Origin: Patescibacteria group bacterium
Lineage (GTDB): Bacteria > Patescibacteriota > Microgenomatia > Levybacterales > UBA12049
NCBI GenBank assembly: GCA_035457005.1
Contig: DATICB010000020.1
Location: 2,109 to 66,108 of the forward strand
DNA: 64,000 nt
Reading direction: 5' to 3'
The notes under the pieces: generated by a model
Told to the model about the DNA's origin: nothing
What the model saw: only the letters and a program-made list of their open reading frames with translations
Databases searched by the model: none
Position numbers and translations under genes: made by a program
Shown: positions 9,934 through 19,617 of the stretch, one piece after another
How positions within the stretch are numbered: the first letter of the stretch is position 1
Layout: the number at the start of each line of letters is the position of its first letter

Positions 9934-10206
9934 TTGCTGATTCACTTGCACTAATTGTGTTATCTTCTGGAAAGCTCTTTCGCTTCGCGTGTCTACTCCC
10001 CCAAGGGGACTAGCTTCTTCGAAGCGGCGCATTTCCACCACTCGCCCTCGTCGAAGCTCAACTTTATCGCTTCGTTTTTCGCTCCGCTCAAAACTTCGCT
10101 TGCCAGTCGGCTTCTCCTCTTAAAATCCTTTTAGGATTTTAGCTTTAAGGTACTTTTTTATAAAGCTTGTATATTATATACTGTTAAGTACGTTTTGAGC
10201 AAATAT

Positions 10207-12765
10207 ATGAGTCAGCTATTCCCAACAATCACTCCCGAGAAATACACTTTGTCCCTTCGTCCGAATTTAGAAACCTTTACTTTTTCAGCAGAAGAAACAA
10301 TAGCATTTCGCACAAAAAAAGCCTCTAAGTCATTGGTATTTCATGGTTTGGAGATTGTTGTTGAGAAAGCAGAGTTATTTATTGGGAATACAGTATTTGT
10401 TCCCAAAATTTCATACGACAAAAAAGAACACACCGTAACGTTTTCCTTTGCCAAACCTCTTCCAGCTGGAGAGAAAAAATTGTGCCTTTTCTATAACGGT
10501 TTATTGGATGAAAAAATGAAGGGGTGGTATCGCAGCGAGTTTAAACATGGTGAGGAAAAGCATGTTTTGGCAGTAACACAGTTTGAAGAAATTGGTGGAA
10601 GGCAGGCATTAGTGTGTATTGATGAGCCTGCAGCAAAAGCAGTTTTCGATATTACACTTATTATTCCACAAGACCTTGTTGGTCTTTCAAACACATTGGA
10701 AGACGAGGTAGAAGAGTTTTCTGATGGATATAAAAGATTGCATTTTGTCCCAACACCACGCATGTCTACATATCTTTTAGCATTTGTTGTCGGGAAGTTT
10801 GAGCACATAGAGAAAAAAACAAAAGGCAATATTTTGGTGAGAGCATTTGCAACGCCAGGAAAAAAAGAGCAGTTGCAATTTGCGCTGGATGTTGCATGTC
10901 GGTCGCTTGATTTTTATGCAGACTATTTTAACATTGCCTATCCGTTGCCAGTGTTGGATTTAATTGCGATTCCGGATTTTGATGCAGGAGCAATGGAAAA
11001 TTGGGGAGCTGTTACTTTTCGAGAATCAGCACTTTTGGTTGATGAGCAAAAATCATCGCTTACTAACAAGCAGTGGGTTGCGTTGGTTGTTGCGCATGAA
11101 TTGGCACACATGTGGTTTGGGAATTTAGTTACTATGGAGTGGTGGACACATTTGTGGCTTAATGAAGGATTTGCTTGTTACATAGAGTACCTTACTATTG
11201 ATTCGCTTTTTCCAAAGTGGCACATGTGGAAACAATTTGCATCAATGGAGCACAATAGTGCGCTTGCTCTGGATAGTCTTGCGTCTGCGCATCCAATAGA
11301 GGTACCGATTACATCGGACAAAGAGGTAAAGGAAATTTTTGATGAAATATCCTATGCCAAGGGAGCAAGTGTTATTCAAATGCTCGCAACGTATTTGGGG
11401 CCAAAACTTTTTCGACAAGGACTTCAAAAATATCTTAAAGATAATGCATATGGAAATACTGTTACCGAACAATTATGGGAAGCATTTGAGGCTGTTAGCC
11501 ATCAGCCAATACGAGAAATTATGTCCTTATGGACAAAAAAAGCAGGATACCCTTTGCTCAAAGTTGTCTCTCAAAAAGACGAGCTGCATGTTTCTCAGGA
11601 GCGATTTTTTGCCAGTCCGATAGAAAGAAGAAAATCTGTAGCAACACCTCTTTGGCATATTCCGCTTTTAATTAGTCATGGAGAGAAAAATAAACCACTG
11701 CTTTTTGATAAGAAAACACAAAAGATTCCAGGTACAGGTTTTATTAAGATTAATGCAACAGAATCAAGTGTTGTGCGTGTTGTCTATACAAAAGAGCAGT
11801 ATGCACTGCTGGAAAAAGTTCTCCCAACGCTTGATGCAGTAGACAGGATGGGAATTGTACGCGATGCTTTTGATAGTGCAAAGGCAGGCTACGCATCAAG
11901 TGTTGATGCGCTTTCTTTTTTGCCGTATTTTCGTCATGAAACCGAGTATGTTGTGTGGGCAAGCATTGCGGGAGGATTGTCAGCAATAGATGACATGCTT
12001 TTCGAAAGTGGGCAAGAAGACAGGGAAAAGTTTGCTCTTTTTGCCAGACAACTTTTTGTTCCATTAGTCAAAAAAATAGGTTGGAAAGAAAGAAAAACTG
12101 ACAGCAATGAAGATATTCTTCTTCGATCGCTCGCAATTGCCAATGCAGGAAAATATGGAGATAACGAAACAATTACTGAGGCAAAAAGACTGTTTGCAGA
12201 CCACGTAAGTGGCAAAAAAGCCATAGACCCCAACCTTCGGGGAGCAGTTTTTGCAACAGTTGCTAAGCGTGGCAATGATGCAACATGGAGTGAATTTGAA
12301 ATGCTTTTTCAGAAAGAGCAGCTTCAGCAAGAAAAAAGCAGGCTCATGATGGCGCTTTGCACATTTGCTCAAAAAAATCTTATTGAAAAAACACTAACCT
12401 GGTCAATGGCAAAAGCACTAGATTTCCAGGCCGAACACGTAAGAGTTCAGGATAAATCAGTCATCGCCCTTTTTCTTTTTAGTAATCCTGATGCACAGCA
12501 AATAACATGGGAATTTATCGAAACACATTGGGATGAGTATACAAAAATGTTTGCTGGCACTCATGGATTCACCAGACTTATTGAAGGAGCAGGGGACACA
12601 TTTTCAAAAGATTTGCGAGGCAAAGTCGCAGCATTTTTCAAAAAACATCCAACAGTTGAGCTGCAGATGACAATAAAACAGATTTTGGAGCGAATAGATG
12701 CTCACATTGATTGGTTGGAGCGGGATAGAGAAGCAATTGAAAACTTCCTCACACATGGGGTATAA
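10207..12765 (+). CDS. pepN: M1-family aminopeptidase N (ERAP/PSA-like, with ERAP1-C domain)
   Basis: GAMEN motif, HELAHMWFGN...WLNEGFA zinc-binding HEXXH-X18-E; long C-terminal helical ERAP1-like domain; the track start 10195 is TTG, first ATG is 10207. Confidence 0.9.
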   Translation: MSQLFPTITPEKYTLSLRPNLETFTFSAEETIAFRTKKASKSLVFHGLEIVVEKAELFIGNTVFVPKISYDKKEHTVTFSFAKPLPAGEKKLCLFYNGLLDEKMKGWYRSEFKHGEEKHVLAVTQFEEIGGRQALVCIDEPAAKAVFDITLIIPQDLVGLSNTLEDEVEEFSDGYKRLHFVPTPRMSTYLLAFVVGKFEHIEKKTKGNILVRAFATPGKKEQLQFALDVACRSLDFYADYFNIAYPLPVLDLIAIPDFDAGAMENWGAVTFRESALLVDEQKSSLTNKQWVALVVAHELAHMWFGNLVTMEWWTHLWLNEGFACYIEYLTIDSLFPKWHMWKQFASMEHNSALALDSLASAHPIEVPITSDKEVKEIFDEISYAKGASVIQMLATYLGPKLFRQGLQKYLKDNAYGNTVTEQLWEAFEAVSHQPIREIMSLWTKKAGYPLLKVVSQKDELHVSQERFFASPIERRKSVATPLWHIPLLISHGEKNKPLLFDKKTQKIPGTGFIKINATESSVVRVVYTKEQYALLEKVLPTLDAVDRMGIVRDAFDSAKAGYASSVDALSFLPYFRHETEYVVWASIAGGLSAIDDMLFESGQEDREKFALFARQLFVPLVKKIGWKERKTDSNEDILLRSLAIANAGKYGDNETITEAKRLFADHVSGKKAIDPNLRGAVFATVAKRGNDATWSEFEMLFQKEQLQQEKSRLMMALCTFAQKNLIEKTLTWSMAKALDFQAEHVRVQDKSVIALFLFSNPDAQQITWEFIETHWDEYTKMFAGTHGFTRLIEGAGDTFSKDLRGKVAAFFKKHPTVELQMTIKQILERIDAHIDWLERDREAIENFLTHGV

Positions 12766-12773
12766 TAGGTTCT

Positions 12774-13328
12774 ATGATTTCAGTAAACGATCTTCGACAG
12801 GGAGCAATTTATGAAGAATATGGAAATTTACTCCAAGTAGTATCCTTCGAACACGTGAAAATGGGTCGAGGTAGCGCAACGATTAAAGTAAAGGTGAAAA
12901 ATCTCCGCACGGGATCAATTTCAGAAAAAGGCTATGTAAATGGTCAGAAAGTGCAGGACGTCTCTGTTGTCAAAAAAGAGATGCAATATCTCTATCAAGA
13001 CAGTGAAAATGTGTATTTTATGGATCCAGTTACTTTTGAGCAAATTTCTATTCCTCTGAGCATTGTTGCGGAGGCAAAGTACTTAAAAGAAGGGCAAAAT
13101 TATCCAATTTCATTTAAAGACACAGAGGCACTCTCTTTGGTTATGACACCAAAAGTTGAGCTAAAGGTTGTTGATACAGCACCTGGTGTCAAAGGGAATT
13201 CTGCATCAAATGTGTTTAAAGATGCAACATTGGAAAATGGCATTCAGACAAAAGTGCCACTTTTTATAAATATTGGAGACTCTATTAGAGTGGATACCCG
13301 AACAGGAGCATATACCGAACGAGCATAA
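12774..13328 (+). CDS. efp: elongation factor P
   Basis: 184 aa; KOW-like N-domain, conserved loop VKMGRGSA, three-domain EF-P length. Confidence 0.9.
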   Translation: MISVNDLRQGAIYEEYGNLLQVVSFEHVKMGRGSATIKVKVKNLRTGSISEKGYVNGQKVQDVSVVKKEMQYLYQDSENVYFMDPVTFEQISIPLSIVAEAKYLKEGQNYPISFKDTEALSLVMTPKVELKVVDTAPGVKGNSASNVFKDATLENGIQTKVPLFINIGDSIRVDTRTGAYTERA

Positions 13329-13373
13329 GTTCTGCAAATTCTTAAAATAGTATATAATCAATAGGTCGCTGGT

Positions 13374-14639
13374 ATGAAAAATCACCTATTTTCCGCACTT
13401 CGAGTACGTCCATTTCTTTTCCTCTGGCTTGCCGAACTCCTTTCGCAAATTGCTTCCAACATGACCAATTTTATTCTTCTTTTGGTTGTTTTTTCTCTGA
13501 CTAATTCTAATACTGCAGTGTCTGGAATTATGATCGCATTTTTACTTCCTGCAATTCTGTTTGGAATTTTTGCGGGAGTTTTTGTTGATCATCAGGACAA
13601 AAAACATGTCTTGACCGGGACAAATATTGCCAGAGCACTTATTCTTTTGCTCTTGGCTTTTTCGCAAAATAGTCTTTTCTTTGTGTATCTTCTAACGTTT
13701 GCAGTTGCAACAGCAACACAATTTTTCATTCCTGCAGAAACACCAATGATTCCACTTTTGGTTGACAAAAAGCTATTGTTGTCAGCAAATGCACTTTTTG
13801 GCATTGCATTTTATGGGTCACTGCTTGTTGCATATGCATTGTCTGGACCGCTGCTTATTTTTTTCGGACAAAGTAATGTTTTTCTTGCATTATGTATTAT
13901 GTTTTTGATTGCAAGTATTTTTTCAAGTCTTATCAAAAGATCATCAGATGTAAAAGTGCAGTCACGTCTTCCAAAAAATATAACCGTTGGCGGAGAAATA
14001 AAAATTGCTCTTCATACAATTTTTGCTAGTAGAAAAATTTCCCACTCATTTCTTTTGCTATCGCTTTCTCAGATTCTTGTTTTGGTAATTGCAGTTATTG
14101 GTCCTGGATTTGCAACACATATTTTACAAATCCCCGTGAGCAGTTTCCCTCTTCTTTTTGTTATGCCAGCTGCAATTGGTATGGGAGTCGGGGCATTTAT
14201 TCTCACTAATTATTTTCATTCTATTTCAAAAGATAAAATTATTAACATTGGTCTTTTTACGACCGCTATTGCAATTTTCTTGTTGCCCTTTGGTGGACAA
14301 ATTATTTCAAGACCTTTTGTGAATACATTTAATACACAAATGCCCGAAATTTTGCAGCTGACAAAATTAAACTTTATGGCAATTCTTGCATTTTTCTCAG
14401 GCCTAGCAAATGCATTTATGTTTGTCCCAGCAAATACGCTTATTCAGGAAGAAACAAATGATGAAATGAGAGGGAAGATATATGGAGCACTTAATTCGCT
14501 TATTTCACTTCTTTCACTTTTGCCAATTGTCATTGTCGGCTCGTTAGCCGACGTTTTTGGTGTCGCAACTGTTTTATTAGTATTAGGAATTTGCGTTGGG
14601 ATTATTGGTATAATTCGATTAGTAACAACACGAGAATGA
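13374..14639 (+). CDS. MFS transporter
   Basis: 421 aa, 12 TM helices, MFS-like loop motifs. Confidence 0.8.
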   Translation: MKNHLFSALRVRPFLFLWLAELLSQIASNMTNFILLLVVFSLTNSNTAVSGIMIAFLLPAILFGIFAGVFVDHQDKKHVLTGTNIARALILLLLAFSQNSLFFVYLLTFAVATATQFFIPAETPMIPLLVDKKLLLSANALFGIAFYGSLLVAYALSGPLLIFFGQSNVFLALCIMFLIASIFSSLIKRSSDVKVQSRLPKNITVGGEIKIALHTIFASRKISHSFLLLSLSQILVLVIAVIGPGFATHILQIPVSSFPLLFVMPAAIGMGVGAFILTNYFHSISKDKIINIGLFTTAIAIFLLPFGGQIISRPFVNTFNTQMPEILQLTKLNFMAILAFFSGLANAFMFVPANTLIQEETNDEMRGKIYGALNSLISLLSLLPIVIVGSLADVFGVATVLLVLGICVGIIGIIRLVTTRE

Positions 14640-15301
14640 CACTGATTGCATCTATTATTATTTTTCTTTTTAGTCTTTTTGTTTTGTCAAAAGAGGATTT
14701 TGTTTTCCTGAGAAAAAATATCTCTTTGCAAACAATTTTTGACACAGCATGTTTGGTTGGGTTGGCGAGTCTTTTTTTCTCACGTCTTATTTTTGTCTTA
14801 CTTCACCCGTCATTTGCATATATTAATCCGTTTATTTTCTTTATTATTCCGTACTTTCCAGGACTAACAACTTCAGGATTTCTTATTGGAGGAAGTTTGG
14901 CATTATATCTTTTTTCAATGCGGCAAAAATTACCACTGGGGAAACTGTTTGATGTTTTCTCACTAAGTGTTCTTCCGTCATCTGCGACTTTTTTTCTGGT
15001 TATGAGTGTTATTTTTCTAACAACAAAACACATTGGTTTTAGTGCTCTTTTTTTAGCTATTTTCCTTTTGCTTTTCATAAGTACATTTTTACTTCGAACA
15101 CTTGCAATAAAATTCTCATGGGAAGATGGATCTGTAAGTCTTTTTGCATTAAGTCTTGCATCAATGAGTTTTTTCATAAGCAGTTTTATAAATAGTGGCA
15201 TGCATATACTGTTTGCCGAACTTTCATATTTTCTTTTTTTCTTTTTTCTTCTTTTTTTAAGCTTTCTTGTTAAATCGTTTAGAAAGACAAGACAATCATG
15301 A
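14636..15301 (+). CDS. polytopic membrane protein (unknown function)
   Basis: start moved to MTLIASIIIF (ATGA overlap with MFS stop); 6-7 TM helices; Lgt-like idea not supported (no G-R-G motif). Confidence 0.45.
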   Translation: MTLIASIIIFLFSLFVLSKEDFVFLRKNISLQTIFDTACLVGLASLFFSRLIFVLLHPSFAYINPFIFFIIPYFPGLTTSGFLIGGSLALYLFSMRQKLPLGKLFDVFSLSVLPSSATFFLVMSVIFLTTKHIGFSALFLAIFLLLFISTFLLRTLAIKFSWEDGSVSLFALSLASMSFFISSFINSGMHILFAELSYFLFFFFLLFLSFLVKSFRKTRQS

Positions 15302-16065
15302 GTAAGCTCTCAGTTATTTTTGAAGATAGTAATCTTTTGGTTGTCAATAAGCCTTCTGGTGTTGTTGTGAATAATTCAGATACCACGGCACATACAACAA
15401 CGCTTCAGGATATGGTTGCATCGTATCTACATGTACCAAGTAATCCGACAAGACTTATTACACAGAGAAAAGAAGGGGAGTGGGAGAATCCGGAAGACGC
15501 GTTTGTTAATCGTTGTGGCATTGTTCATAGACTAGATAAAGAGACATCAGGAGCACTCCTTGTTGCCAAGACACTGGAGGCATTTATTGCATTGCAAAAA
15601 GAGTTTAAAGATCGTGTGGTTGAAAAAACATACGTTGCGCTTTCTCATGGAAAAATTACACCAGTGCAGGGGGAGATAAGTGTCCCGGTTGGACGATTGG
15701 AATTTAACCGTAAGCGATTTGGCATTGTTGCGGGTGGAAGGGAATCTCTTACTGTATATAGAGTCGAGTCTTATTTTGAAAATCCAAAAACAAAAGAAAT
15801 ACTTTCGCTTGTAACACTTTTTCCCAAAACAGGCAGAACACATCAAATTCGGGTGCATTTACAATATATTGGCCATCCTATTTTTGGCGATGAACTGTAT
15901 GCTGGCCGAAAAATTGCCCGAAATGACAGAAAAATATTGCAGCGAGTTTTTTTGCACGCAGCACATATTAGCTTTCTTCATCCTGTAACACAGAAAAAAA
16001 TGGAATTTTCAGCACCATTGCCAGAAGAGTTAGAAACCGTGCTCAGTCAGCTAAAAAAGCAATAA
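15298..16065 (+). CDS. RluA-family pseudouridine synthase
   Basis: HRLDKETSGALLVAKT catalytic Asp motif; ATGA overlap with upstream gene. Confidence 0.85.
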   Translation: MSKLSVIFEDSNLLVVNKPSGVVVNNSDTTAHTTTLQDMVASYLHVPSNPTRLITQRKEGEWENPEDAFVNRCGIVHRLDKETSGALLVAKTLEAFIALQKEFKDRVVEKTYVALSHGKITPVQGEISVPVGRLEFNRKRFGIVAGGRESLTVYRVESYFENPKTKEILSLVTLFPKTGRTHQIRVHLQYIGHPIFGDELYAGRKIARNDRKILQRVFLHAAHISFLHPVTQKKMEFSAPLPEELETVLSQLKKQ

Positions 16066-16125
16066 ATACTTCTTGCAAGAAGTATAATTCTTCGCTACGA
16101 TTAAGCGTGAAGGAGGTGTAGAAAA

Positions 16126-16263
16126 ATGGGATCATTTGGTGATTTTGGCAAACGAGAAAAAAAGAAAAAAAAGCAAGGATCAGGAAGTGCAGGTTCGTCT
16201 TTGTCGACAAGACCTGTTTTTGTTGCGCCACCGCAAATAAAAAAAGAAAGACGAGAAAGATAA
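16126..16263 (+). CDS. small basic protein (45 aa)
   Basis: AAGGAGGTG SD 8 nt upstream of ATG; MGSFGDFGKREKKKKKQGSGSAGSSLSTRPVFVAPPQIKKERRER; below the track threshold. Confidence 0.4.
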   Translation: MGSFGDFGKREKKKKKQGSGSAGSSLSTRPVFVAPPQIKKERRER

Positions 16264-16278
16264 GTATCATTTCTGCCC

Positions 16279-17067
16279 ATGAGACGATCTTCTTACCATT
16301 CAGGCAACAGCCTGAAAATTGCGTTTATTTTTATATGTTGTATTCTCTTGCTTATAGCAGGAGGATTTCTCCTTAAGCTTTTTCTTGTACTTCGGGCATC
16401 CACATTTGACGGCGTACATCAATATATTTTAGAAATTGACGAAAATAGAGAGCATGGTGCACTTGTTGCATTTAGTCCCGCGACTTCCTCAATAACCATG
16501 TTGCAAATTAATGGTCGAGTTGATAATACCTTCGGCAAGTATCTTGGTATTCCTGTTGATGGCGTTGTGAGTATGTCTGTGCCAGAAAATCCATCAGAGC
16601 TTGCTGGCGATGTTTTTATAAAAAGCAGTCATGAAAAGGGAATAACGATTATTGATAAGCTTCGTCTTTTGCTTTTTGCCAACTCACTCAAGCAGGATAA
16701 TTTTCACAAAAAGACAATTCAATTGCCAATCGACACAGCAACAAGTGATACCGTACTACCATCACTTTTTCAAGATACAAGGCTTTATAACGACAACGAA
16801 AGCATTGCTATTATCAACGCAACGGGCGAGTCAGGAGTCGGCTCTGAAATTGCCCACCAACTTGGCATTATTGGCATGAATGTGCTCTCGGTTACCACTG
16901 CATCCGACGAACAAAATGCCACCACAATCATTGCCATGCATACAGACACCTATACTGTGCAAAAAATAGAACGCTTGTTTCATGTTGATGCCAGGTCAAC
17001 AGCGACAACAGGAATTTCAGATATTGTGCTGACTATTGGAAAAGAAAGTCTTCCTGCGTTACAATAA
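16279..17067 (+). CDS. membrane-anchored LytR_C-domain protein
   Basis: N-terminal TM helix; C-terminal region (IAIINATGESGVGSEIAHQLGIIGMNV...DIVLTIGKE) resembles the LytR cell-envelope-associated C-terminal domain. Confidence 0.5.
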   Translation: MRRSSYHSGNSLKIAFIFICCILLLIAGGFLLKLFLVLRASTFDGVHQYILEIDENREHGALVAFSPATSSITMLQINGRVDNTFGKYLGIPVDGVVSMSVPENPSELAGDVFIKSSHEKGITIIDKLRLLLFANSLKQDNFHKKTIQLPIDTATSDTVLPSLFQDTRLYNDNESIAIINATGESGVGSEIAHQLGIIGMNVLSVTTASDEQNATTIIAMHTDTYTVQKIERLFHVDARSTATTGISDIVLTIGKESLPALQ

Positions 17068-17071
17068 GGGC

Positions 17072-17239
17072 ATGTTGCTTGCCGTCGTTATTGTTTTCAT
17101 TGCAATTGTTTCTGTTGGTATTTCGTATTGGTCTTTGCGAAACGAATTAAAAAAACATAAGCATGTCGAAGAGGTGAAAAAAGATTTGGCAAAAGGAAAA
17201 GTTATTTTTTATGCGCCTTCTGATGCTTCATCTAAATAA
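17072..17239 (+). CDS. small single-TM protein (55 aa)
   Basis: start moved to MLLAVVIVF just after upstream stop; hydrophobic helix then Lys-rich tail. Confidence 0.3.
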   Translation: MLLAVVIVFIAIVSVGISYWSLRNELKKHKHVEEVKKDLAKGKVIFYAPSDASSK

Positions 17240-17886
17240 GCATTTTTCGAAGCATGTTTACTAAATGCCAAATGGGTTTTGTCACCAAAAAGAAAAGAAG
17301 GTTGATTTTTGTATTTTGTTGCGCGTTTGATTTCTTTAATAAAAATAACAACACCGTGGTCATTAGCGGATTTAATGTATGCTTCATATGCGTTGCCGCC
17401 ATCGATAAATTTAATAAGCCGTTTTCCCAAGTCTTCGGGTAAAACACCAATATATTCTTTATTAGTATCTTGAATAAATATTTTCATTCTTTTTTTGCAA
17501 AGCGTCACTGTTTGACCAACTTGTAAATTTCTTAGTTGTCGTGCTGGTGCAGTATTCAGAAGGCTAACGATTTTGGTTTTTCCTGATTCTTCCAAAAACA
17601 TGTTGCTTAGTAGCTTAGTTGGCATATTGGTTTGCGATCCTGCGGTACTCAAGCGCTTGAGTCCACGGGTAGCAATAGGGTTGAGCGGATCGATTATCAA
17701 TACCCTGTCGTAGGTTTCTTTTGCTTCCTTTTTATTGCCAAGGGCACTTAGTGCAAACCCCAAACGATTCAGGGCATCGGTGTCCTCTGGATTTTCCTTA
17801 AGAATTTCAATATTCAGTTTGGCCGCTTCCTGCCAATTGCCGTTTAAGGCTATCTGAATTGCTTGATTTTTGAGTGATGAAGTCAT
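17209..17886 (-). CDS. TPR-repeat protein with uncharacterised C-terminal domain
   Basis: N-terminal TPR repeats (WQEAAKLNIEILKENPEDTDALNRLGFALSALGNKKEAKETYDRVLIIDPLNP). Confidence 0.55.
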   Translation of the reverse strand: MTSSLKNQAIQIALNGNWQEAAKLNIEILKENPEDTDALNRLGFALSALGNKKEAKETYDRVLIIDPLNPIATRGLKRLSTAGSQTNMPTKLLSNMFLEESGKTKIVSLLNTAPARQLRNLQVGQTVTLCKKRMKIFIQDTNKEYIGVLPEDLGKRLIKFIDGGNAYEAYIKSANDHGVVIFIKEIKRATKYKNQPSFLFGDKTHLAFSKHASKNAYLDEASEGA

Positions 17887-18045
17887 GGGCAGTTTTTAGT
17901 GGGTTTTATCCCGTATTTATGCGGGACTAATTGAAAAATTGTAACGAGATTTATTGCAAAAGTCAAGGCAGAAAGAGTATAATTAACGTGCAAAGAGCAT
18001 AGAGTAGAACTTCTCTAAGCACAAAGCTCTATGCCTTAAACATGT

Positions 18046-18765
18046 ATGAGTGGACATTCAAAATGGGCAACAATTAAACGGCAAAAAGGGGCAAATGACG
18101 CCAAAAGAGGCGCTCTTTTTACCAAGCTTTCTAAGGCAGTCACCATTGCTGTATCTGCTGGCGGTGGTGTTGCAGATCCTGCGCAAAACTTTCGACTTCG
18201 GCTAGCTGTCGAAGCAGCACGCGGAGCAAATATGCCAAAAGATACTATTGAAAGAGCAATAGAAAAAGCAGCAGGGAAGTCAGGCATTGTTTTGGAAGAA
18301 GTGCTGTACGAAGGATTTGGTCCTGGCGGTGTAGGGATCATTGTTGAGGCAGCAACAGATAATAAAAATAGAACAACTTCGGAAGTGGCAAATGCTTTCA
18401 ATAAAAATGGGGGGAATATGGGCGCAATGGGATCGGTAAGTTATCAATTTAAAAAAATGGGACAACTTCTTGTCGATAAAGGGTCATTGTCATTTGATCA
18501 ACTTTTCTTAGAAGCAGCGGATGCAGGAGCGGAAGATGTTGAGGAGTCAGACACACTGGCATATGTCTATACACAACCAAACGACTTAGCAAAAGTCAGA
18601 GACAGTCTGTCGCAAAAGGGAATTGGAGTTAAGGAAATGGAACTAGTTTGGCAACCAACAATGACGGTAACTGTTGACGACACAACAGGTGAGAAAATTA
18701 TGAATTTACTTGAAAAATTGGAAGAGTTGGATGATGTGCAAAAAACGTATTCAAACATGGCCTAA
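18046..18765 (+). CDS. yebC: YebC/PmpR-family transcriptional regulator
   Basis: MSGHSKWATIKRQKGANDAKRGALFTKL canonical N-terminus; 239 aa. Confidence 0.9.
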   Translation: MSGHSKWATIKRQKGANDAKRGALFTKLSKAVTIAVSAGGGVADPAQNFRLRLAVEAARGANMPKDTIERAIEKAAGKSGIVLEEVLYEGFGPGGVGIIVEAATDNKNRTTSEVANAFNKNGGNMGAMGSVSYQFKKMGQLLVDKGSLSFDQLFLEAADAGAEDVEESDTLAYVYTQPNDLAKVRDSLSQKGIGVKEMELVWQPTMTVTVDDTTGEKIMNLLEKLEELDDVQKTYSNMA

Positions 18766-18768
18766 AAG

Positions 18769-19617
18769 ATGATACGAGAAATACTTATTAAGTTGCTTCC
18801 TCCGCATTTACAACCCAAACCCCGCCGCGAAAAAGAGGGAAGAGGATTTCTCTTGAGTAAACGTCAAAAATTTGTTATTTCTGTTGCAGTGCTTTCTCTT
18901 GGTCTTTTTTTCTCAGAATATCTTTTTAGCGGATATGGTGTTTTGTTTGCGGGAATTCTTGCAGTTGTCACTGACGCATTAGTTATTATTTCTTTAGGCG
19001 ATGACTTAATGGATAACTTTTCTGTATATCCTTTGATTTTGCCGTTTCTCTGGAGTCTGTCATTTGGCTTTTTCTATTTTTTAGCACCTGCAAGGCTGCT
19101 TACAAGATTAATTCTTACGACACTTTTTGCAATCGGAATGTACTCAGTACTACTGTCTGAGAATATTTTTGTTGTTGGTTCAATTCGTACTATTGCGCTT
19201 TTGAGTAGTGCGCGAATTGTAACTTTTGTGATATCACTTGTTTCATATTTTTTTGTTACCAATACTATTTTTTCATTTCGATTACCGATTCTTCCAACAC
19301 TTGGATTATTTGCTCTGTTTACATTCTTGTTTTTTCTTCACAGTATCTGGACCTACACACTGGGGAAGAGTCTTCGAGATGATTTGCTGTGGAATGGAAT
19401 TATGACGTTGTGTCTTACCGAATTTGCTGGCATGCTGTGGTTTTGGCCAACGCCGCCGACAGTTTTTGCTCTTTTTATTGCGGCAATGTTTTATATTCTC
19501 ACTGGACTGACGCACGTTTGGCTTGATAAACGGCTTTTTAAGAGTGTCTTATGGGAATATCTCTGGGTAGCAATTGTGGCTGTTTTTGTTTTATTTTGGT
19601 TTAGTAGCTGGCAATAG
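18769..19617 (+). CDS. polytopic membrane protein (unknown)
   Basis: 282 aa, about 8 TM helices, immediately after yebC. Confidence 0.5.
   Translation: MIREILIKLLPPHLQPKPRREKEGRGFLLSKRQKFVISVAVLSLGLFFSEYLFSGYGVLFAGILAVVTDALVIISLGDDLMDNFSVYPLILPFLWSLSFGFFYFLAPARLLTRLILTTLFAIGMYSVLLSENIFVVGSIRTIALLSSARIVTFVISLVSYFFVTNTIFSFRLPILPTLGLFALFTFLFFLHSIWTYTLGKSLRDDLLWNGIMTLCLTEFAGMLWFWPTPPTVFALFIAAMFYILTGLTHVWLDKRLFKSVLWEYLWVAIVAVFVLFWFSSWQ

Noticed and set aside
9961-10047. Possible second tRNA upstream of tRNA-Leu
   Set aside because: Only the first 15 nt match; the remainder cannot form D, anticodon or T arms
14591-14635. Extended N-terminus (MRWDYWYNSISNNTR) of the membrane protein, and the idea that this protein is Lgt
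   Set aside because: The extension overlaps the MFS gene; an ATGA-overlap start at 14636 is more plausible. The G-R-G / H / Y Lgt signature residues are not present
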